Shown here: in pieces, positions 63,101-64,000 of the stretch | Layout: each line of letters starts with the position of its first letter | Numbering within the stretch: the first letter of the stretch is position 1 | Source of the DNA: Eledone cirrhosa | Lineage: Eukaryota | Direction of reading: 5' to 3' | Length of the DNA stretch: 64,000 nt | NCBI GenBank assembly: GCA_964016885.1 | Contig: OZ024740.1 | Span: 251,782,001-251,846,000 of the forward strand | Notes under the pieces: generated by a model | Told to the model about the DNA's origin: nothing | The model's input: only the letters and a program-made list of their open reading frames with translations | Database searches by the model: none | Made by a program: the position numbers and the translations under genes

Positions 63101-64000
63101 GGCTGGAAATTATCTCCCCTTGGACACTGGAAATTATAGCCCCTTGGAGGGCTGGAAATTATCTTCCCTTGGACGGCTGGAAATTATCTCCCCTTGATTT
63201 TTTTTACAAATTATCTCCGCCTGATTTTTTTTAAAAATTATCTCTCCTTGGACGGCTGGAAATTATCTCCCCTTGATTTTTTTTACAAATTATCTCCCCC
63301 TGATTTTTTTTACAAATTATCTCCCCCTGATTTTTTTTTACAAATTATCTACCACTGATTTTTTTTACAAATTATCTCCCCCTGATTTTTTTTACAAATT
63401 ATCTCCCCCTGATTTTTCTTTTACAAATTATCTCCCCCTGATTTTTTTACAAATTATCTCCCCCTGATTTTTTTTACAAATTATCTCCGCCTGATTTTTT
63501 TAAATATTATCTTCCCTTGGCTGGCGGGAAATTATCTCCCCTTGGACGGCTGGAAATTATCTGCCCTTGATTTTGTTTTTACAAATTATCTTCCACTGAT
63601 TTTTTTTACAAATTATCTCCACCTGATTTTTTTAAAAATTATCTCCCCTTGGAAGGCTGGAAATTATCTCCCCTTGGACGGCTAGAAATTATCTCTCTTT
63701 GGACGGCTGGAAATTATCTCCCCTTGATTTTTTTTACAAATTATCTCCCCCTGATTTTTTTTACAAATATCCCAGTGATTTTTTTTAAAAAATTATCTCC
63801 CCTTCGCTGGCTGGAAATTATCTCCCCTTGGACGCTGGAAATTATAGCCCCTTGGAGGGCTGGAAATTATCTTCCCTTGGACGGCTGGAAATTATCTCCC
63901 CTTGATTTTTTTTACAAATTATCTCCCCCTGATTTTTTTTTACAAATTATCTCCCCCTGATTTTTTTTTACAAATTATCTCCCCCTGATTTTTTTTACAA
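48170..64000 (+). repeat. 7,166-bp near-identical higher-order repeat, about 2.2 copies, running off the window end; a shorter variant copy lies upstream (~43530-50400)
   Basis: Constant offset 7,166 at 48488/55654/62820, 49317/56483/63649, 51101/58267, 53267/60433, 55288/62454. The upstream copy is at offsets 6,847-6,901 (44254/51101, 47167/54068). Confidence 0.93.

Larger units (their letters stand above)
32141..64000. repeat. Satellite domain 2: interleaved runs of 25-bp A' monomer (AAATTATCTCCCCTTGGACGGCTGG) and ~27-bp B monomer (AAATTATCTCCCCCTGA-T7-11-AC)
   Basis: Both monomers read directly. No pentamer spacers or leaders after 32141. GGACGG replaces GGCCGG. Confidence 0.97.

Noticed and set aside
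149-63960. The many short + strand ORFs with WKLSPLGRLEIISPWPAGNYLPLAG or FFYKLSPPD repeats
   Set aside because: A 25-bp monomer without a stop codon gives the same 25-aa peptide in all three frames. The ORFs overlap in every frame, mostly start at TTG, and are broken by variants and 1-bp indels without regard to frame. The minus strand has TAA (in AGATAA) in each monomer, which explains the strand bias.
135-64000. Long telomerase-type repeat (C-rich strand, 25 bp as in some yeasts)
   Set aside because: Variants are inherited in kilobase-scale duplications and interrupted by spacers, which indicates recombinational amplification and not templated addition. It matches no telomere motif I recognise.
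135-64000. G-quadruplex or i-motif potential from G4-G5/C4-C5 runs in each monomer
   Set aside because: The runs are ~21-23 nt apart, far beyond typical loop lengths. This cannot be supported without experiment.
32161-64000. Poly-T tracts as intrinsic or Pol III terminators
   Set aside because: There is no preceding GC hairpin and no upstream gene, tRNA or A/B box. The tracts are simply the B-monomer linker.
1-64000. Assignment as a centromere or to a named satellite family or taxon
   Set aside because: Higher-order structure is compatible with centromeric or pericentromeric DNA but is not diagnostic. I do not recognise the monomer and could not run a database search.

Overview
The whole window is non-coding tandem satellite DNA, most likely eukaryotic, though the taxon cannot be identified from the sequence alone. 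I found no credible genes, RNA genes, transposase remnants or true CRISPR array. All listed ORFs are by-products of a 25-bp monomer that has no stop codon on the + strand. Roughly 2,000 head-to-tail monomers (estimated from lengths) share one 13-bp box, AAATTATCTCCCC, and fall into two domains that meet at a sharp junction at 32141-32148. Domain 1 (1-32140) has about 39 composite units. Each unit is an AT-rich quasi-palindromic spacer, a ~75-bp leader, and an array of about 5-47 copies of GAAATTATCTCCCCTTGGCCGGCTG with fixed first and last monomer variants. These units are nested in 11,283-, 2,609- and ~3,039-bp duplications. Domain 2 (32141-64000) has no spacers or leaders. It alternates runs of a 25-bp GGACGG monomer with runs of a ~27-bp poly-T monomer, joined by dedicated transition monomers, and ends in a 7,166-bp higher-order repeat. 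The best candidate for an undescribed system is the constant box with interchangeable linkers, arranged in polar leader-array-spacer units. Any function for it is inference only.
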